IMG/VR virus record: IMGVR_UViG_2706795396_000001
Location: 10,807-74,806 of that record
Source of the DNA: a virus
Taxonomy: Duplodnaviria; Caudoviricetes
Reading direction: 5' to 3' (one strand)
Length of the DNA: 64,000 nucleotides
Shown here: positions 39,406 to 49,284 of the stretch, in pieces
Numbering within the stretch: position 1 is the first letter of the stretch
Layout of the letters: every line of letters starts with the position of its first letter
Position numbers and translations under genes: made by a program
Notes under the pieces: generated by a model
Database searches by the model: none
Told to the model about the DNA's origin: nothing
Seen by the model: only the letters and a program-made list of their open reading frames with translations

Positions 39406-40430
39406 AGAATCTTTCTCTTTCTAAATAGTTTTTCAAACGTTTCTTTACCATGGTCTGAAGGACTATCTTTATAATTCAGCAAAGAGCTATTAAAGTCTTC
39501 CAAAACAAAAGTGATAGTAAAGAACGGTTGAAAATTTTTAAACTTCTTAATCAAAACTTTTAAGTAAGTTTTGTAGCCGTGCTCATCTTGATATTCCTTG
39601 TCAAGCGCCACGATTAGCTCTTCAACGCCTAATTTTCTAAGCATGTTAGCTTGATAGGTGCTTATGTTAGAACCATATAAAGCAACAGCTGGAGCCTTAC
39701 CGTTATAAAAAGTATCAAGTTGCAAAACAGATTTTTCTGCTTCGAACACAATAGCTTTTTTGCTTTTTATGATATTCTCCCTGTTTTCAAATAAACCATA
39801 CAAAATGGTGGAGGAATCTGAATTAAACCAGCGACCGTTAGCAAATATCGGTTTATACTTCCCATCACGCTCAATATCAAACTCATTTAAGGCTCTTCGT
39901 CTAACACCAACAAGCTGTCCGTCATCGTTTAATTGAGGGATAATTACAGCATTATGTACGACATCATATCTGATATTGAATTTTTCTTGTGTTTTAGCAG
40001 AGATACCTTCTTTTACCCAGCCACCATAAGGAATCCTGTAAAAGCTGTTCAAGACAGAACCGTCAACTACCTTGTTAATTTTAAACGTTTTCTTTTCTTT
40101 TCTGATGAAAGGATTTTCCAGAGTGTCTTCTTTATAAAGGCGGTCGAAGCCGTTGAGCGATCTGTCTAAGATTTCATCGATTAAACGTTTAGCTTCATAG
40201 TAATTTAAGTGTTTATATCTCTCGACGAACTTCTCTAAACTCATTGAACCACAAGATGTGTAACAATGAAAGACAACTGCGTCTTCATTGAAATAGATAT
40301 AAAGCTTCTTACTGCCATTACCATCATGATTGTGGCACACAGTTTTCATAACATAGGCGTTACCAACGTCTTCATATTCTAAACCAAAGTAAGAAAGAAT
40401 CTTATCAATATCTTCTTTAGTGTATATCAC
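39402..40430 (-). CDS. DNA primase-like protein (Zn finger + TOPRIM)
   Basis: CHNH…CYTSC zinc motif, IIP..+..G.LVG.R.R, VFEAEKS, ALDKE. Confidence 0.8.
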   Translation of the reverse strand: MIYTKEDIDKILSYFGLEYEDVGNAYVMKTVCHNHDGNGSKKLYIYFNEDAVVFHCYTSCGSMSLEKFVERYKHLNYYEAKRLIDEILDRSLNGFDRLYKEDTLENPFIRKEKKTFKINKVVDGSVLNSFYRIPYGGWVKEGISAKTQEKFNIRYDVVHNAVIIPQLNDDGQLVGVRRRALNEFDIERDGKYKPIFANGRWFNSDSSTILYGLFENRENIIKSKKAIVFEAEKSVLQLDTFYNGKAPAVALYGSNISTYQANMLRKLGVEELIVALDKEYQDEHGYKTYLKVLIKKFKNFQPFFTITFVLEDFNSSLLNYKDSPSDHGKETFEKLFRKRKIL

Positions 40431-40442
40431 AAAATTACCTTC

Positions 40443-41060
40443 TTATACCATGATTCTTTCAACCTTGCTGGCCAACTCATCGCCGAATTTCTCTTTTACT
40501 TTTTTAATAGCATTCTCGTTAGCACAACAGAACCAAAAATCATGTGTTTGTCTACGTTTACCTTTGGTAACGTCATTAATATTTTGATTAAAAATTCTGA
40601 GTTGACGTGCAGCTTCACGTTGTGATTTGAAAAATAATACCTTAAGAGTTTTCAAGTTTATAGCAACCACTGGGTGACCCAAAGCTTTTCCATATTTTTC
40701 ACGATATTGAATATTATAAGAAGTGCTACACCACTCAAGGTTTTCTACGCTGTTATTTGTCTTATCACAGTCTTTATGATTGACTTGCTCTAGACCTTTT
40801 GGATTTGGTAAGAAACAAGTGGCGACAATGCGATGAACGAGTAGGTGAACTACCTTACCGTTAATACCGAAACCCACCCGTAAATACCCATTTCTCTCGA
40901 GTTGTTGTTTTAAAACTTTACCTTTATAAAAACGTTTTGCTCCATTCTTATATGTTACGACTCTGTCAACTGTTCTAATCTCGCCAAGCTGATTGGCTTC
41001 GATAAATGGGTATTTTGGATAAGGCTTCCAAACTTCTTGTTCTTCTGCTTCATTGGTCAT
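40443..41060 (-). CDS. NUMOD4-HNH-NUMOD1 endonuclease (copy 5), between helicase and primase
   Basis: Same motif set. Confidence 0.92.
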   Translation of the reverse strand: MTNEAEEQEVWKPYPKYPFIEANQLGEIRTVDRVVTYKNGAKRFYKGKVLKQQLERNGYLRVGFGINGKVVHLLVHRIVATCFLPNPKGLEQVNHKDCDKTNNSVENLEWCSTSYNIQYREKYGKALGHPVVAINLKTLKVLFFKSQREAARQLRIFNQNINDVTKGKRRQTHDFWFCCANENAIKKVKEKFGDELASKVERIMV

Positions 41061-41082
41061 GCTTTTATGTACTCCTTTTCAT

Positions 41083-42675
41083 TTAAAAGACTATTTTTTT
41101 GTCTTCTTCGACGGCAAACTTATTATCGCTATCAAAGACAATTCTCGTTTTTGGGATATCCAAAAGATTATAATTGTAATCCGTGGTAAACAAAGGCATA
41201 GTCGTTAATGTAGCAAGGTCTGTTTTGCTAAAAATGATAACACCTTTGTTACCAAGACGGTTTTTGTAAATAAAGGTTGCCATGTTCGGTGTCAAATGTT
41301 TTGGGTTAACCTCCAAATTCTCAATCAACTCAGACAAATTCTTGAGGTCCTTTGAAGTTACGTTTTCAATTATGAGCCCGACGTCTATTTTATCTGCGAT
41401 ACTCTTAGCGCCTCGTAGAGCCCCTTCTGTTTTAGAAACAAAGTAGTCATCTGACGAATGTGAGCCATTAAGTTGTGTCGCACTTTCGATAAAAACATTC
41501 CGCTTGTTAGCCACGTTTTTAAGCCTTGTAGCAAGCTCCAAAAGGATTTGGTCATCTCTCAGGTTGACGTCTTTAAACGCTTCTCTGGACGTTCGGGCAA
41601 GTTTTTGGTTCATCTGGAGGTAATCAAAGTTAATATATTGGCACCCATAGTTCAAAATATAGTTGTCAATGATATTCTCAACATCATTAATCGAGAATTC
41701 TGGAAGTTCAACAAAATAAAGATCGGTCTTTTCCAGAGCTTTAATACCACGTTCCATTCTCTCCCATTCTTCTGTAGAATAGTTACCAGATCTAATCCTG
41801 TCAGGTTGGAGTTTCGTAACAGCTGCCAGAAGAATTAACTTAATTTCATCTTCTTCCAATTCTGTAGAGATAAATAAGCTTGGCTGAGGACTAGGGTTTC
41901 GATACCATTTACCAGTCCCTACGTCATACATTTCGTAGGCACTTACTTTAAGCATATCCATCAAGCCTAATCTCGTTTTGCCACGGCCAGTAGCCATTGA
42001 TCTCAATAAGAACTTCCCCAACATCATGCCACCTGTCAAGGTGTTTAAGTAAACGTCATTAAAACCAAGACCGTATAATGGATTATCTTTAACTGACTTA
42101 ACAAAGTCTTCCAGACCATCACCAGCTTTAAAGCTGTTTGACCCATTTTCCCAGTCTCTAACCTTATCTTTAATGTTCACAGATAAGTTATCAAAGTAAG
42201 AAGTAATGTCCTCGAAGCTCATCTTAGCCAACTGCTCTTGCTGTTTGGCAAACTTATTTAAATCGGTTGTGGTATAGTCGTAAATCCCCTCTAAGCTGAA
42301 CCCTTTTGATTTATACATTCTCAATAGGCTCATTTTCTTGATTGTTCGATAGTTCAAGTTAAATGTCGCAGGGTTTGCGTTATCAATACACGATTGAAGA
42401 TAGTCTAAACCCTTAGAATCTTTCCAAACTTGGTAATAACTCTCAAAATTTTTAAGATAAGTGTCAACATCAAAGACTGAGATTGGATTTTCAGTTCCGA
42501 CCTCGGAAATAATGTTGTTTAAGGCAACAAACACGATTTGATGAAACTTGAGAACAAAATCCTCTTTATCTAGCCTTACATTATTATCAATAAGCAACTC
42601 TGGCTTTTGGCAAATACTACCGAGAATGTTAGCAATGTCATTTTGTGGGTTAATCAGCTTATCTGTCACGTTCAT
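41083..42675 (-). CDS. dnaB: Replicative DnaB-like helicase
   Basis: Walker A MATGRGKT, FISTEL, FDYLQ, ATQLN, G+KSIADK+D, KNR.G. Confidence 0.9.
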   Translation of the reverse strand: MNVTDKLINPQNDIANILGSICQKPELLIDNNVRLDKEDFVLKFHQIVFVALNNIISEVGTENPISVFDVDTYLKNFESYYQVWKDSKGLDYLQSCIDNANPATFNLNYRTIKKMSLLRMYKSKGFSLEGIYDYTTTDLNKFAKQQEQLAKMSFEDITSYFDNLSVNIKDKVRDWENGSNSFKAGDGLEDFVKSVKDNPLYGLGFNDVYLNTLTGGMMLGKFLLRSMATGRGKTRLGLMDMLKVSAYEMYDVGTGKWYRNPSPQPSLFISTELEEDEIKLILLAAVTKLQPDRIRSGNYSTEEWERMERGIKALEKTDLYFVELPEFSINDVENIIDNYILNYGCQYINFDYLQMNQKLARTSREAFKDVNLRDDQILLELATRLKNVANKRNVFIESATQLNGSHSSDDYFVSKTEGALRGAKSIADKIDVGLIIENVTSKDLKNLSELIENLEVNPKHLTPNMATFIYKNRLGNKGVIIFSKTDLATLTTMPLFTTDYNYNLLDIPKTRIVFDSDNKFAVEEDKKIVF

Positions 42676-43028
42676 TAATCTAAATCTCCCAAATCAATTT
42701 TTTTCAAGATTGGCTTATGTTTTTGTCTCTTAATTACAATTTTTCTTCCAGACGTTTTAATTTGAGGTTTGTTGACAGTTTGTTTTTTAACATAGTTGTG
42801 CCCTTCCCTATAGAACACTTTAACAAAACCAATTCCATATTTTGCATCGAACGTCAGGCCTTTGACCTCTAGCACATACAGAAAAGTCTTGTACATTCCT
42901 TCATAAGACATCCCCAGCTTGTCGTGGTAGTTCTTTAACTGACCCCAAATCAGACCTGGTACATGATAATGATAATATTTAAGCAGCATCTGCGTTAAAT
43001 CAGATTTGTAAACTTGTTCATTGTTCAT
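42675..43028 (-). CDS. Hypothetical protein coupled to helicase
   Basis: TAATG overlap with the helicase start; AAAGGA RBS. Confidence 0.6.
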   Translation of the reverse strand: MNNEQVYKSDLTQMLLKYYHYHVPGLIWGQLKNYHDKLGMSYEGMYKTFLYVLEVKGLTFDAKYGIGFVKVFYREGHNYVKKQTVNKPQIKTSGRKIVIKRQKHKPILKKIDLGDLD

Positions 43029-43124
43029 TGATTTTTCCTTTCCAACTTTATATATCTATTGTAACTCACCATAAACAAAAAAGCAAGTCAAACTAAAAGT
43101 TCAACTTGCTTTTTTTATTATTTT

Positions 43125-43502
43125 TTACTTGTCTATGTTGTGCACGTCAAGATTGTTAAATATCTCAATGCAATAGTGTTCAAACATTGATGTAACAAGT
43201 AAAAACTTGTTCTTATCTGTATCCATAACAAGGAATTTGTCATTCTCTTCATCTAAGACGTAGTCCCAATCACAGAGAACGCAAAACTCCTGTGGGCTCA
43301 TACAAGTCTTTTCAAAGAAGTAATTGAACCATTCTATACACTCGTCTCGGTACTCGTCATACAGCTGAGCGGCATCGTCAAAGTCAAGTCCTGAACAATC
43401 TTCTTCTATCTCTTCTTCCAAGAAATCTTCAAGCGGTTGATCTTCGCAAGCCTTGGCAATAATTTTGTTAAATTCTTTTGCAATCTTAAATCTGCTTTGC
43501 AC
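43125..43502 (-). CDS. Hypothetical acidic protein
   Basis: 125-aa ORF in the operon orientation. Confidence 0.55.
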   Translation of the reverse strand: MQSRFKIAKEFNKIIAKACEDQPLEDFLEEEIEEDCSGLDFDDAAQLYDEYRDECIEWFNYFFEKTCMSPQEFCVLCDWDYVLDEENDKFLVMDTDKNKFLLVTSMFEHYCIEIFNNLDVHNIDK

Positions 43503-43525
43503 TTTAATTGTCTCTTTCTTGTTTA

Positions 43526-44245
43526 TTAAAGATCAGTCTTGAAGAAGTCTACAGTATAGAAAACTCTCTTAGCCTTGATCTTATCAAACCATTCCTGTGA
43601 CTTCAAACCCAGGTCAACCAGCTTTTGTTCGATAGTGTCCAAGACAAAGTTTTGATCATTAACATTATTGACAAAATCTAGTGACGTACAATCAATTTTG
43701 AGGACTGGAGATTGACTATACCCATTATACCAATCTTTGAAGCCTTGATTAATTGAATAATAATATTCAATCAAATTTTCATCAAGTTCCATTTCTCGTC
43801 CTCGCTTAATAATATTTTCCACTTCTTTTTCCCTATCAATATCTAAATAGACAAATAGAGCAGGATAGTAACCGTTGCTATCATCAATAGTACTCATAAG
43901 CATATTTTGAAGCAAGTCTAGGTATAGCTTATATTCAGCGTCAGATGCTTCACCTCGGTCATGGATTACCTTATAGCAAACAGAGTCTGCAATCAAATCA
44001 CTATCTAAGACCGCCAGTTCCTGCTTGTTAGCTGACTTCAGCATCTTGAAACGCTTGTTCAGAAACTCTACCTGCAAAGCAAAGGATAATTGCTTCCGGC
44101 TTTCTTCACCATTAGCGTAGTATTTTGGCAAGATAATGCTGTCGTTGACCGTTTCGAAGTATGGCTTGGCGTTAATATCTTGTGATAACAAGCTAACAAG
44201 AGAGCTCTTACCTGTACCAAAAGGCGCAACTACATTGATAATCAT
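43526..44245 (-). CDS. Deoxynucleoside kinase
   Basis: APFGTGKS, F.LQ+.FL..R, +YL……..I..RGR..E motifs. Confidence 0.9.
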   Translation of the reverse strand: MIINVVAPFGTGKSSLVSLLSQDINAKPYFETVNDSIILPKYYANGEESRKQLSFALQVEFLNKRFKMLKSANKQELAVLDSDLIADSVCYKVIHDRGEASDAEYKLYLDLLQNMLMSTIDDSNGYYPALFVYLDIDREKEVENIIKRGREMELDENLIEYYYSINQGFKDWYNGYSQSPVLKIDCTSLDFVNNVNDQNFVLDTIEQKLVDLGLKSQEWFDKIKAKRVFYTVDFFKTDL

Positions 44246-44256
44246 AGGTTTCCTTT

Positions 44257-45009
44257 CTACTTGGTCAAATTTAACAATCTCTTCATGGTTGATTCTACCA
44301 CGTCTTGATTGGTTGTATCAACAAAGAAATCGAAATCTTTAAATCCATCTAATTCTGTTTCTGATGAATGGCTAAAGGTTTCTTTTGAGATTTCTTCCTG
44401 GTCATTCGGGTCATTCTTAATTCGATCTTTAATTACCTCGTCAGGTGCTTCCAAACGAACTGTCAAGACTTTATATCTTGAAGAATCTAAATCATCGCTT
44501 AATTTAATTTCGTTTTTAAACCGCCCGTCTGGTACTATTACATCAGTGTTCTTTCCAATATTATCGTCAGAAATTAGATGAATCTTGTCTAAAACTTTAT
44601 TTATCCAATATTTACTGTCCAAATTACGTCTAATTTCAGTGCCGTAAGTTTGCATTATTAACCTATAATGCTTTAGCAGTTTTAATTTAGGCTGCAAATC
44701 TTTATTTTCTAACGAATAAAATTCAGATTTTAAATCTGAATTTTCTGATAAGTCTTGATTTATATGGTTGAAAATTAGTGTCATCTGGTATCCATACGGA
44801 ATCCCGATGTTCATAGCATTCATGATCCCCTCGACACTTCTGCCGTGCAAAATCAGCTTGATAATTTGAACTACGTCACTCTTGGTGGAATCTGCGTACG
44901 CAACTTTGTAAACAGTATCACCACGATTTTCTAGTTCTAACTTTAATTTGTCAGCAAAAGTATCCTTACCAGAGTGCATCTTACCAGACAAGATAATTAC
45001 ATTAACCAT
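44257..45009 (-). CDS. dNMP kinase
   Basis: SGKMHSGKDT, A..+K, R..+Q..GTE+.R..+...WI, +PD.RF.NE, H.SE..L. Confidence 0.85.
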   Translation of the reverse strand: MVNVIILSGKMHSGKDTFADKLKLELENRGDTVYKVAYADSTKSDVVQIIKLILHGRSVEGIMNAMNIGIPYGYQMTLIFNHINQDLSENSDLKSEFYSLENKDLQPKLKLLKHYRLIMQTYGTEIRRNLDSKYWINKVLDKIHLISDDNIGKNTDVIVPDGRFKNEIKLSDDLDSSRYKVLTVRLEAPDEVIKDRIKNDPNDQEEISKETFSHSSETELDGFKDFDFFVDTTNQDVVESTMKRLLNLTK

Positions 45010-45509
45010 CAGAAGTCCTCGTGTGCTATCTTAGCTTCCAGGGATGCAACCAAAGCACTAAAGATATCATCAAGGAACGTGTTAACACGTCCATTAGAAT
45101 TGTCTAGTTCCTTGGCTACACCAGTCTTGTTTACGTCAAGTGCACCAAAGTTAGTACCAGCAATCGAACCGAACAGAGAAGTGATGACAAAAGCAAAGCT
45201 TTCATCTAATCCAAAAGAAGGTGCATCTGATTCAATAATGTCTTGCAAAGGACCGTCAAGCAACCCCTTCTCTGCTTGCTCATCCAAATAAATACCCACC
45301 ATAATTACGTTCATAATTTCACGCTTGTGTAGCAGGTTGATTAGGTATCGTCTAGCGTCTGCTAAACTTGTTTCAACACCATGCTTCTTTTGTTCTTCGA
45401 TAGCTTTTTTGCAAATGTCTTCCAGATCAATTCCTCGCTGCTTTAACTTCTTAACAGTAAAGATGTAAGCTTCTCCGTCTTCATAGTGAAAAGTCTGCTT
45501 GTTGCTCAT
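45009..45509 (-). CDS. pgpA: Phosphatidylglycerophosphatase A (PgpA/YutG-like)
   Basis: L.KRE+…GI.LD..AE.G…D...FG+DE…GSI..TNFG.LD..K.G…FLDD+. Confidence 0.8.
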   Translation of the reverse strand: MSNKQTFHYEDGEAYIFTVKKLKQRGIDLEDICKKAIEEQKKHGVETSLADARRYLINLLHKREIMNVIMVGIYLDEQAEKGLLDGPLQDIIESDAPSFGLDESFAFVITSLFGSIAGTNFGALDVNKTGVAKELDNSNGRVNTFLDDIFSALVASLEAKIAHEDF

Positions 45510-45522
45510 AATTCCTCCTCTA

Positions 45523-45744
45523 TTACTTAGTGGCAGTTGACTTAGAAATTGTCTTCTTAGGTGCTACCTTCTTAGTGGCTGGAGCTTCTTCCTTGGCTTC
45601 TTCAAATTCTACAATCAAGTGCGTCTTAGCCAAGTTATCGGCAAAGGCTGTAAAGCTCTTCACTACGACACCCTTTTCTTCGATAAATTGGTTAGCCTTA
45701 CGTACGGCCTTAGCTTCGTGTTCGTCTAAAAATTCCTTAAACAT
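45523..45744 (-). CDS. Hypothetical protein
   Basis: 73-aa ORF with GAAAGGG RBS and a Lys/Ala-rich tail. Confidence 0.6.
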   Translation of the reverse strand: MFKEFLDEHEAKAVRKANQFIEEKGVVVKSFTAFADNLAKTHLIVEFEEAKEEAPATKKVAPKKTISKSTATK

Positions 45745-45793
45745 AATATAAAATGCCCTTTCAATAATTAATCTAATATTTTATAACAAGTAT

Positions 45794-45822
45794 ATTGTAT
45801 CACATGAGATGGGTAGTTGCAA
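45794..45822 (-). promoter_or_regulatory. TTGCAA-17-TACAAT promoter
   Basis: Exact 17-nt spacer with TG extension. Confidence 0.75.
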
Positions 45823-45849
45823 CCTTAATTTCTATTTTTCCTAAAAATC

Positions 45850-46491
45850 TCAAGCCTCATTCATCAATTTCTCAACCTTTTCAGCTACCTCATCACCAAA
45901 CTGAGATCTAACTTTCTCAACTGCGTTTTCATCTGCATAACAGAACCAATAGCCACCAGCTGTTTTATGATAGCGCTTGCCTTTGACAACCTGGGTAATA
46001 TTTGTTTGATAAACACCAAGTTGTCTTCCGGCTTCGTGTTGTGATTCAAACCATAGAACCTTAGAAGTATTTGGATTAATTGCGATCACAGGACGACTAG
46101 GGCTGTTATTTACATAATGCCCTAATTTATCACGATATGCAACATTTTCTTGGTGCGTACACCACTCAAGATTGCTGGCAACATTATTGGCCGGATTACA
46201 ATCGATATGATTCACTTCTGAATAATTGTCTGGGTTAGGTAAGAAGGAAGTGGCTATGACACGATGAACTGATAGGTGAACTGTCTTATCGTTCATACTG
46301 AACGTTACATACATATAACCATTAGAGCTAAAATACTGCTTCAAAACACGTCCATTGATATGATATTTCTTCCGATCTTTACCCGTTACAACTCTATCTT
46401 TCGTTCTAATCCTCCCTAAATTACTTGCTTCGATGAAAGGATATTTTGGGTCTGGATAGACTTCCCAAATTTCTTGATCTTCTTTAGACAT
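45850..46491 (-). CDS. NUMOD4-HNH-NUMOD1 endonuclease (copy 6)
   Basis: Same motif set. Confidence 0.92.
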   Translation of the reverse strand: MSKEDQEIWEVYPDPKYPFIEASNLGRIRTKDRVVTGKDRKKYHINGRVLKQYFSSNGYMYVTFSMNDKTVHLSVHRVIATSFLPNPDNYSEVNHIDCNPANNVASNLEWCTHQENVAYRDKLGHYVNNSPSRPVIAINPNTSKVLWFESQHEAGRQLGVYQTNITQVVKGKRYHKTAGGYWFCYADENAVEKVRSQFGDEVAEKVEKLMNEA

Positions 46492-46593
46492 AAGATTATT
46501 ATCTCCTTTCTTATATAGTAGTAGTTTTCTAGCACTTATTGTTTATTATTCTACCACACCTAGACTGCAGTTTCATCTTTAAATTTTTGCAAC

Positions 46594-46620
46594 AAAAAAG
46601 GACACTGAAAAGCGTCCTTT
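46594..46620 (-). terminator. Intrinsic terminator after BMP gene
   Basis: AAAGGAC-N10-GTCCTTT plus a T-run on the - strand. Confidence 0.65.
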
Positions 46621-46629
46621 AAAATTAGA

Positions 46630-47718
46630 TTACTTGATTTCTGACATTGAAGCTGCTACCTTGATCTTGCCGTCAAGAATCTGCTTCTTAGCTACGTTTA
46701 CTTCCTTCCAAACAGAACTGCTAATCTGATCTCTAGTAAGACTTACGGCATTATCTTTAAGACCGTACTTGAGGTATTGCCCACCCGGGAACTTACCTTG
46801 AGCAGCCTTCTTAGCTAACATGTAAGCGACAGTATCTACTCTCGTCATAATTGAGGTCAAGCAAGAGTTGTCCTTCTTACCATCCTTAGTCTTAAAGTTA
46901 CCCAGTGCGTGTTGGTCAGAATCGACACCCATAGCCCATACCTTCGACTTTTTAAGTTGAGTGCTAGTCTTCTGAGCATTGATGTTATTAGCTTCAGAGA
47001 ACAAACCTTTTGAAGCACCACCAGAAACCTGAGAGATTACGTCAATGCCTCTGCCATACATTGCATGAGCTACAGACTTTTCCTTAGCCGTATCAGTAAA
47101 TGAGCCAATGTACGTTCTTTCAATTAAGATGTTCTTGTCTAACTTCTTTGCTTCCCACTTAGCACCTTGAACAAAACCAGCTTCAAACTCTGATAAGATA
47201 GCACTATTTGAAGCACCAATCCAACCGATCTTACCAGTCTTAGAAGTCTTAACGGCGGCCACACCGGCCAAGAATGAAGCTTCTTGTGACTTGAACATCA
47301 CGCTGGCAACATTCTTACCCTTAGATTGACTGTCGATAATAACGAACTTCTTCTTTGGATACTTCTTAGCCGTCTTTTCAATAGCTTCAGCATATTGAAA
47401 ACCAGCTGCCATAATCGTATTATAGTTTGCATTAGCAGCTTGTTCCATTGCAGGTTCGTAATCACTAGCATTTGCAGCTTCAAAGTAATTGTAACCGCCA
47501 ATTCCCTTTGATAGCTTGTATTCCTTACCGTACTTCTTCAAGCCATCCCAAGCCATTTCATTAAATGAATCATCGTCAACACCAGACCCGTTAGTAATCA
47601 ATGCAACAGACAACTTGTTATTCTTCGGGTTATTTGTATTGCTCCCCTTGTGGGCACAAGCCCCAAGCATCAAAGCACTAACACCAGCAGTAGCAACAAC
47701 AGCAATCTTCTTCATCAT
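46630..47718 (-). CDS. BMP-family (PnrA/TmpC-like) nucleoside-binding lipoprotein
   Basis: Lipobox LGAC; G+DD.SFN..AW.GL, F+IID, +GV.AA..SKTGKIG+IG, F.AGF..G, GVD.DQ. Confidence 0.9.
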   Translation of the reverse strand: MMKKIAVVATAGVSALMLGACAHKGSNTNNPKNNKLSVALITNGSGVDDDSFNEMAWDGLKKYGKEYKLSKGIGGYNYFEAANASDYEPAMEQAANANYNTIMAAGFQYAEAIEKTAKKYPKKKFVIIDSQSKGKNVASVMFKSQEASFLAGVAAVKTSKTGKIGWIGASNSAILSEFEAGFVQGAKWEAKKLDKNILIERTYIGSFTDTAKEKSVAHAMYGRGIDVISQVSGGASKGLFSEANNINAQKTSTQLKKSKVWAMGVDSDQHALGNFKTKDGKKDNSCLTSIMTRVDTVAYMLAKKAAQGKFPGGQYLKYGLKDNAVSLTRDQISSSVWKEVNVAKKQILDGKIKVAASMSEIK

Positions 47719-47820
47719 ATTTGTTTTCCTTGTTCTTTCTTCTAATAGAAATATAATTATTGTTAACCAAAATTCGCAAAAATACCAAACAGTACTAGAT
47801 AATCAAAGATACTATGATTC

Positions 47821-47994
47821 TTAGAGACCCATTTCGCACTCGTCAATTAAGACTGATACAAAGTGTCTACTACCAAGCTTTACCAAACTCTCTCTGATTT
47901 GCTTCCGCTTTTCCTCAGCTCTCTCCTTAGTCTGAAAAACACCTTTGATTTCTACGTTAGATTCTACTACGGTGTACAAAACATAAACTGTCAT
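47821..47994 (-). CDS. Small hypothetical protein (57 aa)
   Basis: GAGG RBS; MTVYVLY…IKGVF.TKERAE; TAATG-coupled to the upstream ORF; below the ORF-track cutoff. Confidence 0.65.
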   Translation of the reverse strand: MTVYVLYTVVESNVEIKGVFQTKERAEEKRKQIRESLVKLGSRHFVSVLIDECEMGL

Positions 47995-48164
47995 TAGTTT
48001 TCCTCTTCTTTTCCTAATATGTCAAGTTTTGCATCCAAATGTTCATAAGCGTACTTCTCAAAGCAGTAATATGAACAAAATACTTTACCATTGTTAATAT
48101 GGATGTAACTATAACCTCGTTCAATAGGTTCGTAACACCATGAACATTCTTCAGTATTATCCAT
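47994..48164 (-). CDS. Small Zn-finger protein (56 aa)
   Basis: MDNTEECSWC…FCSYYC; below the ORF-track cutoff. Confidence 0.6.
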   Translation of the reverse strand: MDNTEECSWCYEPIERGYSYIHINNGKVFCSYYCFEKYAYEHLDAKLDILGKEEEN

Positions 48165-48167
48165 TTG

Positions 48168-48428
48168 TCATTTACTTTCTAGTCTTTTATTTAATGATTT
48201 CATGTACTTTGCCATTAACTTTAAAGTCTTTGACGTTACTAATACTCTGTCTTCTCCAGGGACAAACGCCCAATGGCCGTAGTAAGTACTATATGCAAAC
48301 AGATCTTTTTCTTCGTTTATGATTCGATAGATATAGACCAGATCGTCTGTCTGAATTTCTGCGACTAACTTTGAACAAGTTCTCTCTTGAAGCTTGTTGA
48401 ACCTGCGAACAAATTCACGTGATGTCAT
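48168..48428 (-). CDS. Hypothetical protein
   Basis: TAATG-coupled to ndt. Confidence 0.6.
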   Translation of the reverse strand: MTSREFVRRFNKLQERTCSKLVAEIQTDDLVYIYRIINEEKDLFAYSTYYGHWAFVPGEDRVLVTSKTLKLMAKYMKSLNKRLESK

Positions 48429-48895
48429 TAATAAACCGCTCCCGCATAAAACCCGAATTCCAAATCGTTAAAGTCAAAGTCCTTTAATTCAGACATCTTA
48501 ATCACGTTATCTGCAATATACCAACTCATCAAGTTGATAGGTTCACCAAACTGTTCGTCTGGGACAACCAGCAAATTATACTTACCTAAGCTGTGAGCTA
48601 CACCTAATTCAACCCCCATTCCAACATCTTCTTGATGAGGCAAGTAAACGGCCAAACAAACATCGGTAGTCTGGATGCCTACAATATCGCCCTTAGCAGT
48701 AGCTTGCGCCCATTCCTTATCTCTCAAGTATTCGGGATGTTCGTCGATTCTAATTCCTAAATACTGATGTTCCAGAGGAACGTACGAGTGTTCCATATCG
48801 ATCGTCTTATTTTGCTTCAATGCTTCCATAGCTTCCTTATAAGCCTTATTCTGTTCATCGTTGAACCATCCAGCACAAAAATAACAAGTCTTCAT
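48428..48895 (-). CDS. ndt: Nucleoside 2-deoxyribosyltransferase
   Basis: YF.AGWF...Q, SY.PL.HQY, W..AT..GD+.G+, D.G.G.ELG and NLM motifs of Lactobacillus NDTs. Confidence 0.92.
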   Translation of the reverse strand: MKTCYFCAGWFNDEQNKAYKEAMEALKQNKTIDMEHSYVPLEHQYLGIRIDEHPEYLRDKEWAQATAKGDIVGIQTTDVCLAVYLPHQEDVGMGVELGVAHSLGKYNLLVVPDEQFGEPINLMSWYIADNVIKMSELKDFDFNDLEFGFYAGAVY

Positions 48896-48951
48896 AATAT
48901 AAATCTCTCTTTCTTAATAATTAAACTTCAGTATAATAAATAATTACTTAA

Positions 48952-49275
48952 TCAGATCTCGTTCCTTGGAAAAGTCCACTCGCCAGAATCCGTATCATAC
49001 AGGCATTGTCTAATCGTAATATCATTTTTTCTAGGTGCACCATCATCATCTAAGAGAGTTCCATTACCTCTTGACAATTTTTTAAGATCGTCTTCATAAT
49101 AAAAACTAATCTTAACGTAATTTTTATAACCTCTATAACGATCGTCATCGGTGTACCATTGCAAGTCCACAGAATTAATTAAAATCTTTCTACCATCAAT
49201 AGTTGCAATTGGCACAACACCCTTCTGCGAATCGAACATCAAAGTGAAATTCTTGTTAAATCTTTCTTCTAACAT
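48952..49275 (-). CDS. Hypothetical protein
   Basis: 107-aa ORF, RBS AAGGGG. Confidence 0.55.
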   Translation of the reverse strand: MLEERFNKNFTLMFDSQKGVVPIATIDGRKILINSVDLQWYTDDDRYRGYKNYVKISFYYEDDLKKLSRGNGTLLDDDGAPRKNDITIRQCLYDTDSGEWTFPRNEI

Positions 49276-49284
49276 GTCGTCCCC

